A DNA stretch of 64,000 bases from positions 58,043 through 122,042 of the forward strand of contig JAAESM010000050.1 in NCBI GenBank assembly GCA_024229395.1, in the 5' to 3' direction. The stretch comes from Planctomycetota bacterium. GTDB lineage: Bacteria > Planctomycetota > UBA1135. The notes beneath the pieces are model-generated. The model made no database searches and had not been told where the DNA came from. It saw nothing but the letters and a program-made list of their open reading frames with translations. The position numbers and the translations under genes were made by a program. Positions 19,157-26,265 of this stretch are shown here, piece after piece; the stretch's first letter is position 1, and each line of letters starts with the position of its first letter.

Positions 19157-20059
19157 ATGCGAATAGCGTGCCAGAGCTGGCTTTTGGCCATATCTGCATT
19201 ATGGCCACTTCTGCTCGGCAGCTGTTCGGGCAATTCCGACGCAAGTTCTTTTATTTCAGAGGCTTCACGTACTTTGGCCGACTCTTTTGAGAGCTCGAAA
19301 GATGCCATCGAAGAGATGCAAGTGCGGGCTCGCACAGTGGCCGAGCGACTCCACACAGGTGTGGCGGTCGCCGAGATGGAAGGATTGCAGGCTGAGTTGG
19401 AGGAATATGTGCGCACTTTGGCCGCCCTCCCCAACGCCGAAACGCTGCCGTGGAACCAGTGGATCCACGACACCTGGAAGACGATTCCGGAACTAACCGA
19501 GCAGTACATCCTCTGTGCCGAGCATCTGCTCAAGGACGAAGCCGCCCTGCTGGTGGCGCGCACCACCGATATCCGCGAGATGCCGATCCAGGTTCGCCTG
19601 GTTTCGCACCGCATGTTGTGGAGCCTGGACCCCAACGAGGCCTTGGCGCGTGGCAACAAGATGTTGTTCCGCGAACGTCCGCGTGCCAGCGACCGCATGC
19701 GCCCGCTGTACGTCGAGGAAATCCTCCTGCCTTCCACCCACCCATTCGCCACCGACTTGTTGTTGGATGTCGCCGCCGACGACTCAATGGAATCGCGCGC
19801 TCGCACCATGGCAATTCGTGCCCTAGGAGACCGCGGCTCCATGGAAGCTCCCGCAATCCTCGAAAGTGTCTTCGACACGGAGTCGGTGAACTTTCTGGTA
19901 CGCAAAGAAGCACTACTGTCGATCCTCAAGCTCGATCCACCACGCGCGCACAACATGCTGAATACACGCATGCCACAACGCTCGGTGGAACCCGGCCTGT
20001 GGGAATTCATGCAGTCCCTGCGCGAGCAAGAGAACCTCGACTCCCCTGCACAAGACTAA
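19157..20059 (+). CDS. HEAT-repeat lipoprotein (hypothetical)
   Basis: The ATG at 19157 gives a signal peptide with lipobox LLLGSC. The C-terminal half looks like HEAT/PBS-lyase repeats (SRARTMAIRALGDRGSMEAPAILESV, VRKEALLSILKL). The opposite-strand 295-aa ORF is Arg/Ser-rich and I treat it as an artefact. Confidence 0.6.
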   Translation: MRIACQSWLLAISALWPLLLGSCSGNSDASSFISEASRTLADSFESSKDAIEEMQVRARTVAERLHTGVAVAEMEGLQAELEEYVRTLAALPNAETLPWNQWIHDTWKTIPELTEQYILCAEHLLKDEAALLVARTTDIREMPIQVRLVSHRMLWSLDPNEALARGNKMLFRERPRASDRMRPLYVEEILLPSTHPFATDLLLDVAADDSMESRARTMAIRALGDRGSMEAPAILESVFDTESVNFLVRKEALLSILKLDPPRAHNMLNTRMPQRSVEPGLWEFMQSLREQENLDSPAQD

Positions 20060-20060
20060 G

Positions 20061-20840
20061 ATGCGCCTGATCGATACGCACTGCCACTTGGTGTGGCGTG
20101 AACAAGAGAACCCACCCGGTCCGCAACTAGAGCGGGCGCGCGAAGCGGGTGTAGAACGCTTCGTCTGCGTGGCCACCGATCTGGAAAGTGCAGGGCGTTG
20201 CCAAGCCTTGGCGCAAAAAGAAGACGACGTCTTCGCGACGGTTGGCATTCACCCGAATGACGTCGGCAGCATGGAGGAGTTGCAACCGCAACTGCAACAG
20301 CTGCATTCGATGTTGCAGGAATCGGATTGGGTGGCGATCGGCGAGACCGGTCTGGATTTCTTTCGTGATTGGGCTTCGCCAGAAGTGCAGGTGGTTTCCT
20401 TGGAACGCCACCTGGAGTTATCGCACGAGTTCAACCTGCCAGTAATCCTGCATTGCCGTAACGCCATCGAAGGATTGCTACCGGTACTGGAGAACTTCGA
20501 GGGCAAGTTGAACGGCGTCATGCACTGCTACTCCGACGGCCCCGAACCGATCGAACGCCTGATCGAGCTGGGCATGCATGTCAGCTTCGCCGGCAATATG
20601 ACCTTCCCGAAATCGCAGGCCTTGCGCGATGCCGCGCAAGTGGTGCCACTGAATCGTTTGCTGGTCGAAACCGATGCACCATTCTTGGCGCCGCAAGCCA
20701 AACGCGGCAAACGCAATGAGCCTGCTTATGTGGCGTACACCTTGCAGGTGTTGGCGGAGTTACGCGGTCTGGATGCCAGCGAATTAGCGCTGACCACTTC
20801 GAGCAACGCGAGCAAGTTGTTCAACTTGCATTGGTCCTGA
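20061..20840 (+). CDS. tatD: TatD-family metal-dependent hydrolase/DNase
   Basis: MRLIDTHCHL, GETGLDF, ILHCR and ETDAPFLAP motifs. 259 aa. Confidence 0.9.
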   Translation: MRLIDTHCHLVWREQENPPGPQLERAREAGVERFVCVATDLESAGRCQALAQKEDDVFATVGIHPNDVGSMEELQPQLQQLHSMLQESDWVAIGETGLDFFRDWASPEVQVVSLERHLELSHEFNLPVILHCRNAIEGLLPVLENFEGKLNGVMHCYSDGPEPIERLIELGMHVSFAGNMTFPKSQALRDAAQVVPLNRLLVETDAPFLAPQAKRGKRNEPAYVAYTLQVLAELRGLDASELALTTSSNASKLFNLHWS

Positions 20841-20925
20841 TTCCGACACGGCGGACAAGGGAGCACTTGATTGCGCTCGCCTTTTGTGGCACACGGGCAA
20901 CCGCTGGAACCTGCCCCTGCAATCC

Positions 20926-21453
20926 CTAATCGCCGATTGGGCGTAGGCCCACGCGGTCCGGCGCCAAAGTGCCTGGCGTATCGTTCCACGACGCGGCCAC
21001 TGGGCTGATCGAGACTCTGGCTGTTTCGAAGTCGATCCAGTAAGTGTCGTAGCCAGAGTAATCACGCAGGTTGGGCCAAGCCCAGCACCCCACCGCACGG
21101 CTTTCTTCATTCATGCCGATACGGAAGCGATAACCGCCGCGGTGCGCGATCCCTTCCCCGTCAAAGACCATCGGCGAATCGAAGGCCAACCCTGGCGTGC
21201 GCAGATGATTACGGTGCTCAGGTGGGTTCGGCACTGACTCCGAGAGCCTGCGCAGGTCCACAAAAGACCCCATCTCGCGCTGCCACACCTGTTCCGATGC
21301 AGCAATCATGCGCAGGTATTCACGCGCATGGTTTTCGTTCTCTTTCTGGCGCGCTTCCAGGGCCAGCGGCAACAACCAAACAGACAATGCGGTCAACAGC
21401 ACCACGAAGGCAAGCAGTTCGCCGAGTACGAATCCAGGAGCATGAGCCTTCAT
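20926..21453 (-). CDS. prepilin-type (type IV pilin/pseudopilin-like) protein
   Basis: Class-III signal MKAHAPG|FVLGELLAFVVLLTAL with Gly-1, Phe+1 and Glu+5, followed by a hydrophobic helix. A TTG at 21483 is an alternative start that would give a 17-aa leader. Confidence 0.65.
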   Translation of the reverse strand: MKAHAPGFVLGELLAFVVLLTALSVWLLPLALEARQKENENHAREYLRMIAASEQVWQREMGSFVDLRRLSESVPNPPEHRNHLRTPGLAFDSPMVFDGEGIAHRGGYRFRIGMNEESRAVGCWAWPNLRDYSGYDTYWIDFETARVSISPVAASWNDTPGTLAPDRVGLRPIGD

Positions 21454-21461
21454 GCTCCTGG
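21434..21461 (-). promoter_or_regulatory. perfect hairpin enclosing the SD-like AGGAG and the ATG of the pilin-like gene
   Basis: The minus-strand RNA 5'-CCAGGAGCAUGA-AGGC-UCAUGCUCCUGG-3' forms a 12-bp perfect stem with a 4-nt loop. The ATG at 21453-21451 lies in the 5' arm. Confidence 0.35.
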
Positions 21462-21488
21462 AGCTATTGGATCTGGGAATCAATGTGA

Positions 21489-23471
21489 TTAATCAACTGC
21501 AAGCTTCTCGCCTTGCGCAGCCATGATGTCGGCCTGCAAGTGCGAAGGTACCTGATCGTAACGCATGAACTTCATCGTGAAACTTCCTTCACCGTGGGTC
21601 ATGGCACGCAGCAAAGTCGCGTAGGTCTGCATCTCTGCCAACGGCACCTGCCCCTCGATGGTCTGGAAATCACCATCGGTGTCCATACCTAGGATCTGTC
21701 CACGGCGCGAGTTTAGGTCGCCGGAGACGTCGCCGAAGTAACGCGCTGGGACGGTGATGGCTACTTCCATGACTGGCTCGAGCAGAATCGGATTCGCCTT
21801 ACTGAAGCCTTCCATTAACGCACGCGCACCGGCCATCTTGAAGGAATGCTCATCACTATCGACGGCGTGGAACTTGCCATCGTAAAGCTCGACCACCAAG
21901 TCAATGACATTGGAGCCAGCAATGACGCCCTTGGTCATCTGCTCTTCGACACCCTTACCAACGGCAGGGATGAACTGGCGTGGCACCGAACCGCCGACGA
22001 CCTTGTCGACGAATTGGAAGCCGGATCCGCGCTCGCCAGGGATCAGGCGAATGTAGCACTCGGCGAACTGACCCTTACCACCGGTCTGCTTCTTGTGACG
22101 GAAGTGACCTTCGGCAGCTGCGGTGATGGTTTCCTTATAGGCGATGCGTGGCAGGTGGGTCTCGACCTCAACGCCACGGACCTCAAGGCGATGCAGCAAG
22201 CCCCTCAAGTGCAGCTCGCTCAAGCCTTCGATGATGGTTTCGTGGGTGGTGTCATCGTGACGCATGCGGAAACATGGGTCTTCACGCTCAAGCTTATGCA
22301 GCTCCTGACCGATCTTTGCCTCTGCGGTGCGGTCCTTTGGAATCACAGCCAGAGCGGTGTATGGCTCAGGCAATGGGAAGTGGTGCATGACAGCCTTGCC
22401 TTCGCTGACCAGGACATCCCCCACCTTCAGGTCATCGATACGCGAGACGGCAACGATATCGCCAGGCCCGGCACTCTTCGTACCTTCCAGATTCTCGCCG
22501 ACGATGTACGACAAGCCGTTCATCTTCACGCCCTTATCGGTGTGCGGATCAATCAACTGCGTATCTGGCGAGATGGTTCCTTGCAGCACGCGCAAGTATG
22601 AGATCTGGCCGAGGTGCTTGTCGGTCATAACCTTCCAGACACGCGCGACGGCGCGTTCGTCTGGACTGCCATTCTCGATGTTCTCGCTATGCATGGCGTT
22701 GACCTGCATGGCGGCGGTCGGGAAATCACGGACCATGAACTCACCGAACTCATCGACACCGATGTTGCGCACTGGATCGATGCAGAACAAAGGAGCGAAG
22801 GTGCCTTGCGCCATTGCGGCTGGCATGGCGGCTTCAAGTTCCTCGTTGCTGATGTCGCCCTCTTCGAGGTACTTTTCCATCAGCTCATCGTTGGCCTCGA
22901 CTACGGCATCGACCAGATGCTCGCGATCTTCGCCAGCGACATTCTCCACTACGGCAACTTCGGTGAAGTCACTGCCGGTGCCATTGGCTAGGGTGAATGG
23001 CACGACCCGCTGACCGAACAGGTTGCGGATGTTCTCGACCACCTGATCCAGGTGCAGGTTGTCTCCATCTAGGCGGGTTACCACTACTGAGCGTGCCAAG
23101 CCGAGTTCACCGGCCAGCTTCCACATCTGCAGAGCGTGGAAAGGAACACCGGTATCGCGCGCGGGCACAACCACTACGGCGGCTCCTGCTGCGCCCATCG
23201 AAGTGATGGCGTCGGCTACGAAATCCGGGTAGCCGGGAGTATCAATAAGGTTGAGCTTGCCGTGTGGGGCCTCAAGGTGGACCACTGCGGCGGCAAGACT
23301 GTGCTTCTTCTCGCGCTCGTCAGGGAGGAAATCACACAGGCTGGTGCCATCCTCAACGGTGCCTACTCGCTCTGTCGCGCCGAAATGATGCGCGACTCGC
23401 TCGACAAGGGTAGTTTTTCCGGCATCGCTTGAGCCGAGAAAAGTGATGTTGTGGATGTCCTTGGCTGACAT
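21489..23471 (-). CDS. elongation factor G-like translational GTPase (short EF-G2 type)
   Basis: 660 aa. G1 GSSDAGKTT, G3 DTPGYPDF and a variant G4 (TRLD instead of NKxD). Domains II-V are colinear with EF-G. Confidence 0.85.
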   Translation of the reverse strand: MSAKDIHNITFLGSSDAGKTTLVERVAHHFGATERVGTVEDGTSLCDFLPDEREKKHSLAAAVVHLEAPHGKLNLIDTPGYPDFVADAITSMGAAGAAVVVVPARDTGVPFHALQMWKLAGELGLARSVVVTRLDGDNLHLDQVVENIRNLFGQRVVPFTLANGTGSDFTEVAVVENVAGEDREHLVDAVVEANDELMEKYLEEGDISNEELEAAMPAAMAQGTFAPLFCIDPVRNIGVDEFGEFMVRDFPTAAMQVNAMHSENIENGSPDERAVARVWKVMTDKHLGQISYLRVLQGTISPDTQLIDPHTDKGVKMNGLSYIVGENLEGTKSAGPGDIVAVSRIDDLKVGDVLVSEGKAVMHHFPLPEPYTALAVIPKDRTAEAKIGQELHKLEREDPCFRMRHDDTTHETIIEGLSELHLRGLLHRLEVRGVEVETHLPRIAYKETITAAAEGHFRHKKQTGGKGQFAECYIRLIPGERGSGFQFVDKVVGGSVPRQFIPAVGKGVEEQMTKGVIAGSNVIDLVVELYDGKFHAVDSDEHSFKMAGARALMEGFSKANPILLEPVMEVAITVPARYFGDVSGDLNSRRGQILGMDTDGDFQTIEGQVPLAEMQTYATLLRAMTHGEGSFTMKFMRYDQVPSHLQADIMAAQGEKLAVD

Positions 23472-23505
23472 GTTCCGGGGATGGTCCTCTATGACGCTCT
23501 AGGGG

Positions 23506-23545
23506 AAAAAAACGGAGCGTCGGGTGGTTAATCCACCCGACGCTC
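23506..23545 (-). terminator. intrinsic terminator after the OmpA-like gene
   Basis: Perfect 13-bp stem GAGCGTCGGGTGG/CCACCCGACGCTC with loop TTAAT, followed on the minus strand by a U7 run (23506-23512). Confidence 0.8.
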
Positions 23546-23565
23546 TAAGAGTAACAAATCCCTGC

Positions 23566-24252
23566 TTATGGAAGGATGAGGATTTCGACGCGGCGGTTGC
23601 CGGCCTTACCGTCCTTGGTGGCGTTGTCGCCAGTTGGGTTGAACTCGCCGTGACCGGAGACCCGGACCTGCTCAGCAGCCAAGCCGCCTTGGTCCATCAG
23701 GTAGTTGGCGACCGACATGGCGCGCTGCACCGAGAGCTCCAAGTTGTTCTTCCAACCGGACTTCTTGGGCTGATCGTTGTCGGTATGGCCTTCTACCCAC
23801 AGGGTATTGCCACCGTAGCTGTCCTTGAGAATCTGAGCCACTTGATTCATGGTCTCCTTACCTTTCTTATTCAGGTCAGCCTTGCCGGAAGCGAAGGTCA
23901 ACGAGGAAGGCAGGTCAAGGACAATCATGCCGCCGCGCGAGGTTGCATCGACACCTGGGGGCAGGTTACGACGCAGCTCATCGAGCTCGGCGTTCTGCTG
24001 GGCGAAAGCAGCATCGCGTGCTGCGCCAGCGGTCTCAAGTTGGGCAACGCGGTCGCGCTCGAAGCGTAGCTGCTCCTCGAGGGCGTCACCCTCTGCACGG
24101 ATGCGTGCTAGCTGTGCGCGAGTCGAATCGTTCTCAGCCATCAAGGCTGCGTTTTGCTGGTCTGCGTCCTCGAGCATCTGCTTTTGCATGCTGCTCTGGC
24201 AGGATGGAGCGATCAGCGCGAGAATGGCGATGAAAAGCGTGGATTTAATCAT
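23566..24252 (-). CDS. OmpA/MotB-domain protein with N-terminal coiled coil
   Basis: Signal peptide, then heptad-like QNAALMAENDSTRAQLARIRAEGDALEEQLRFERDRVAQLE. The C-terminal peptidoglycan-binding domain carries GHTDN, LELSVQRAMSVANYL and NRRVEILI. Confidence 0.85.
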   Translation of the reverse strand: MIKSTLFIAILALIAPSCQSSMQKQMLEDADQQNAALMAENDSTRAQLARIRAEGDALEEQLRFERDRVAQLETAGAARDAAFAQQNAELDELRRNLPPGVDATSRGGMIVLDLPSSLTFASGKADLNKKGKETMNQVAQILKDSYGGNTLWVEGHTDNDQPKKSGWKNNLELSVQRAMSVANYLMDQGGLAAEQVRVSGHGEFNPTGDNATKDGKAGNRRVEILILP

Positions 24253-24286
24253 TTCGGGGTGCCTAAGGACTAGGGCTTTGGGGGTA

Positions 24287-25315
24287 TCAACTCGACAACA
24301 GGCGAGGCCAGGTGTCTAAGAAGAAGTTGTGAACGGCTAAGGGATCCAGCATGACGAGCATGGTTCCCAGGATTAGGGGTGGACCAAAGGGGATGGTTCG
24401 TCCAGCCTGCCAGCCGATGTAGGTGAAAGAATGGACGTAGGTATGGTTCTTGCCTTGCGTGCGACGCCGGTGGCGAACCACCAGAATCATGCGCAACACA
24501 TTCACCACACCTAACAATGCGCCTGCGAAGACGCCGACCGCCAAAGTCCACAGGGAACCTTCGAGGCCGAGGAAGGCTCCAACTGCGGCGATGTACTTGA
24601 CATCTCCAAAGCCCAGAGCTTCCTGCTTTAAAAGATAAGAAAAAAGGCGACCAATTCCAAACAGGAACCCGAAAGAAATCACGGCTCCAAGGATTCCTGA
24701 AATCAAAGCCAGGCTGTTTGGCGAGCGGTCGGCGCTAAGTCCAAGCAAGTCAAGGCCTAGCGGCAATCCGTCTAATCCAGGCCAGAAATGAAAAGCTGGA
24801 ACGGTGGCCGCTGCGAGCAGGCCAAATGGCACTCCACCGATGGTAATTCCATCGGGCAAAATGAAAAAACGGAAGTCGACGGCCGCCGCGATCCATAATC
24901 CGGTGAACGCAACGAAGCCGAAAAGCAGAGCCAAAGCCCCCCCGCCTTGCGCCGGATCTGCCATCCAAGTCTGGCCGGCGAGCCAAAACAAGGCCGCCAA
25001 ACCGATCTCGTGGACCATGTATCCAGGACCATAACTGGCCTTACAGGCACGGCAGCGGCCCATCAAAATCAGGTAGCCGATGATCGGCAGATTGTCATGC
25101 CAGCGGATAGTGGCATCGCATTTAGGGCAATGCGAGCGTGCAGGCTTGACCACCGACATGCCATCGCGCGGAATGCGATAGATCGCCGCCGACGCGAAGG
25201 AGCCCGCCATAGCCCCCGCCACGGCCAGAAAAACGCCGTAGAGAAGTGGAACTTGTTGCAGGTCTTGCAGCCAGGACATCCAAGAGATTGTGCGCTCTCG
25301 GCAGGTAGATTCCAA
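24287..25315 (-). CDS. pilD: A24-family prepilin peptidase / N-methyltransferase
   Basis: CPKC...CRAC zinc knuckle, multiple TM helices and Asp motifs (AAAVDFRFFILPD, LGFGDVKYIAAVG). An ATG at 25279 is an alternative start. Confidence 0.88.
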   Translation of the reverse strand: MESTCRERTISWMSWLQDLQQVPLLYGVFLAVAGAMAGSFASAAIYRIPRDGMSVVKPARSHCPKCDATIRWHDNLPIIGYLILMGRCRACKASYGPGYMVHEIGLAALFWLAGQTWMADPAQGGGALALLFGFVAFTGLWIAAAVDFRFFILPDGITIGGVPFGLLAAATVPAFHFWPGLDGLPLGLDLLGLSADRSPNSLALISGILGAVISFGFLFGIGRLFSYLLKQEALGFGDVKYIAAVGAFLGLEGSLWTLAVGVFAGALLGVVNVLRMILVVRHRRRTQGKNHTYVHSFTYIGWQAGRTIPFGPPLILGTMLVMLDPLAVHNFFLDTWPRLLSS

Positions 25316-25367
25316 GAAGGCTCTGCTTTATTCATACGCGCAGAGCCGTGATTGGAGGTCTCAGGCC

Positions 25368-26195
25368 CTATTGAGCGACACGATGGACCCGCAGGACGCG
25401 ACTGCTTTCCTGCAGCGGCCAGCCTCCCAGTCCCTCCATTTCGGCAGGCAAGGTCAAGACCCCCCAGCCACTCCAACTACCAACCATCACCTCCAAGCGA
25501 GCGCCGTCCAGACCGTTACTCAACAGCCGCAGCGCGCACGGCACCTCCTCAGCCTTGCCCTGGCTACGCAGCGTTGCGACGCCATTCAAAGAGCGTGGGT
25601 CCAGGCCGCCGCGGAACTTCAGGATCATTGGGGTATTGGCAGCAAAGGCCAGGCCCCCGCCGGGCTGCACTCCTTCCAGGGCCAATACCGAAAATTCAGC
25701 ACCACTGCCCAGCAAAGCCCCTGGATCCTTAGCCGCAGCAGTGCGGAAAGGCAGCGCCAACTCACCAGGAAGGACTCCGCCCGCTGTGGAGGTGATGGCG
25801 CCAAGCCGTGGCAAGCCATGCAGCCGAATCTCGTAGCGTCGGTCTGGATGCAAGCTTCCATCTTCCAGGCTGGGGCTCAACGGCAACTGCGGCTTGATCC
25901 GTAGCCAGCTGCCGACGGCGTTGACCTTCACACCATGCACAACGTTGCCGAACTCATCGACGAGGCTGACGGAGCTCTGACGCAGCGGTTGGTGCAGGGG
26001 CTCACTGAACTCGATCGCCAGCTCCTGATCCAGTGGCAAGGCAGCACCATCACTACCGCTCCACGACACCACCGTAAAAGGCACGACGGACTCACTCTCC
26101 TGACAAGCGCAGAGGAGGCTTATGAGGGCCATGGCCCAAAGCCGCCCACCGAGTGAGATGGCAAAGCGATGTACACCAGAGCCTGTTTGAGTCAT
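25368..26195 (-). CDS. Ig-like (SbsA-type) domain lipoprotein, hypothetical
   Basis: The ORF-track start at 26255 lies inside the terminator hairpin, so I chose the ATG at 26195 (or 26132). Signal peptide ends ..LISLLCAC. Ig-like module LAIEFSEPLHQPLRQSSVSLVDEFGN...WLRIKP. Confidence 0.6.
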   Translation of the reverse strand: MTQTGSGVHRFAISLGGRLWAMALISLLCACQESESVVPFTVVSWSGSDGAALPLDQELAIEFSEPLHQPLRQSSVSLVDEFGNVVHGVKVNAVGSWLRIKPQLPLSPSLEDGSLHPDRRYEIRLHGLPRLGAITSTAGGVLPGELALPFRTAAAKDPGALLGSGAEFSVLALEGVQPGGGLAFAANTPMILKFRGGLDPRSLNGVATLRSQGKAEEVPCALRLLSNGLDGARLEVMVGSWSGWGVLTLPAEMEGLGGWPLQESSRVLRVHRVAQ

Positions 26196-26211
26196 AGCTA
26201 CAGCAGCATAC

Positions 26212-26245
26212 AAAAAAACCCCTGTGGCTCGGGGAGCCACAGGGG
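26212..26245 (-). terminator. intrinsic terminator after the giant-lipoprotein operon
   Basis: Perfect 12-bp stem CCCCTGTGGCTC/GAGCCACAGGGG with a 3-nt loop. It starts 20 nt after the stop at 26266 and is followed on the minus strand by a U7 run (26212-26218). Confidence 0.85.
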
Positions 26246-26265
26246 TTGAAAGCATTCGCGCTGGA

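Noticed and set aside
19123-20010. 295-aa ORF on the minus strand spanning almost the entire HEAT-repeat lipoprotein gene.
   Set aside because: It has the Arg/Ser/Cys-rich composition typical of antisense frames in GC-rich DNA and no signal or motif. The plus-strand frame has a lipoprotein signal and ordinary composition.
20841-20925. Imperfect inverted repeat (GGGAGC...GCTCGCC followed by TTTTG) between the convergent tatD and pilin-like genes, considered as a terminator.
   Set aside because: The stem is short and bulged and the T-run is only 4 nt. That is not strong enough to call.
23524-24069. 181-aa plus-strand ORF starting inside the terminator hairpin and running antisense through the OmpA-like gene.
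   Set aside because: The opposite frame encodes a clear OmpA domain. This ORF begins within a terminator stem and has no recognisable features.
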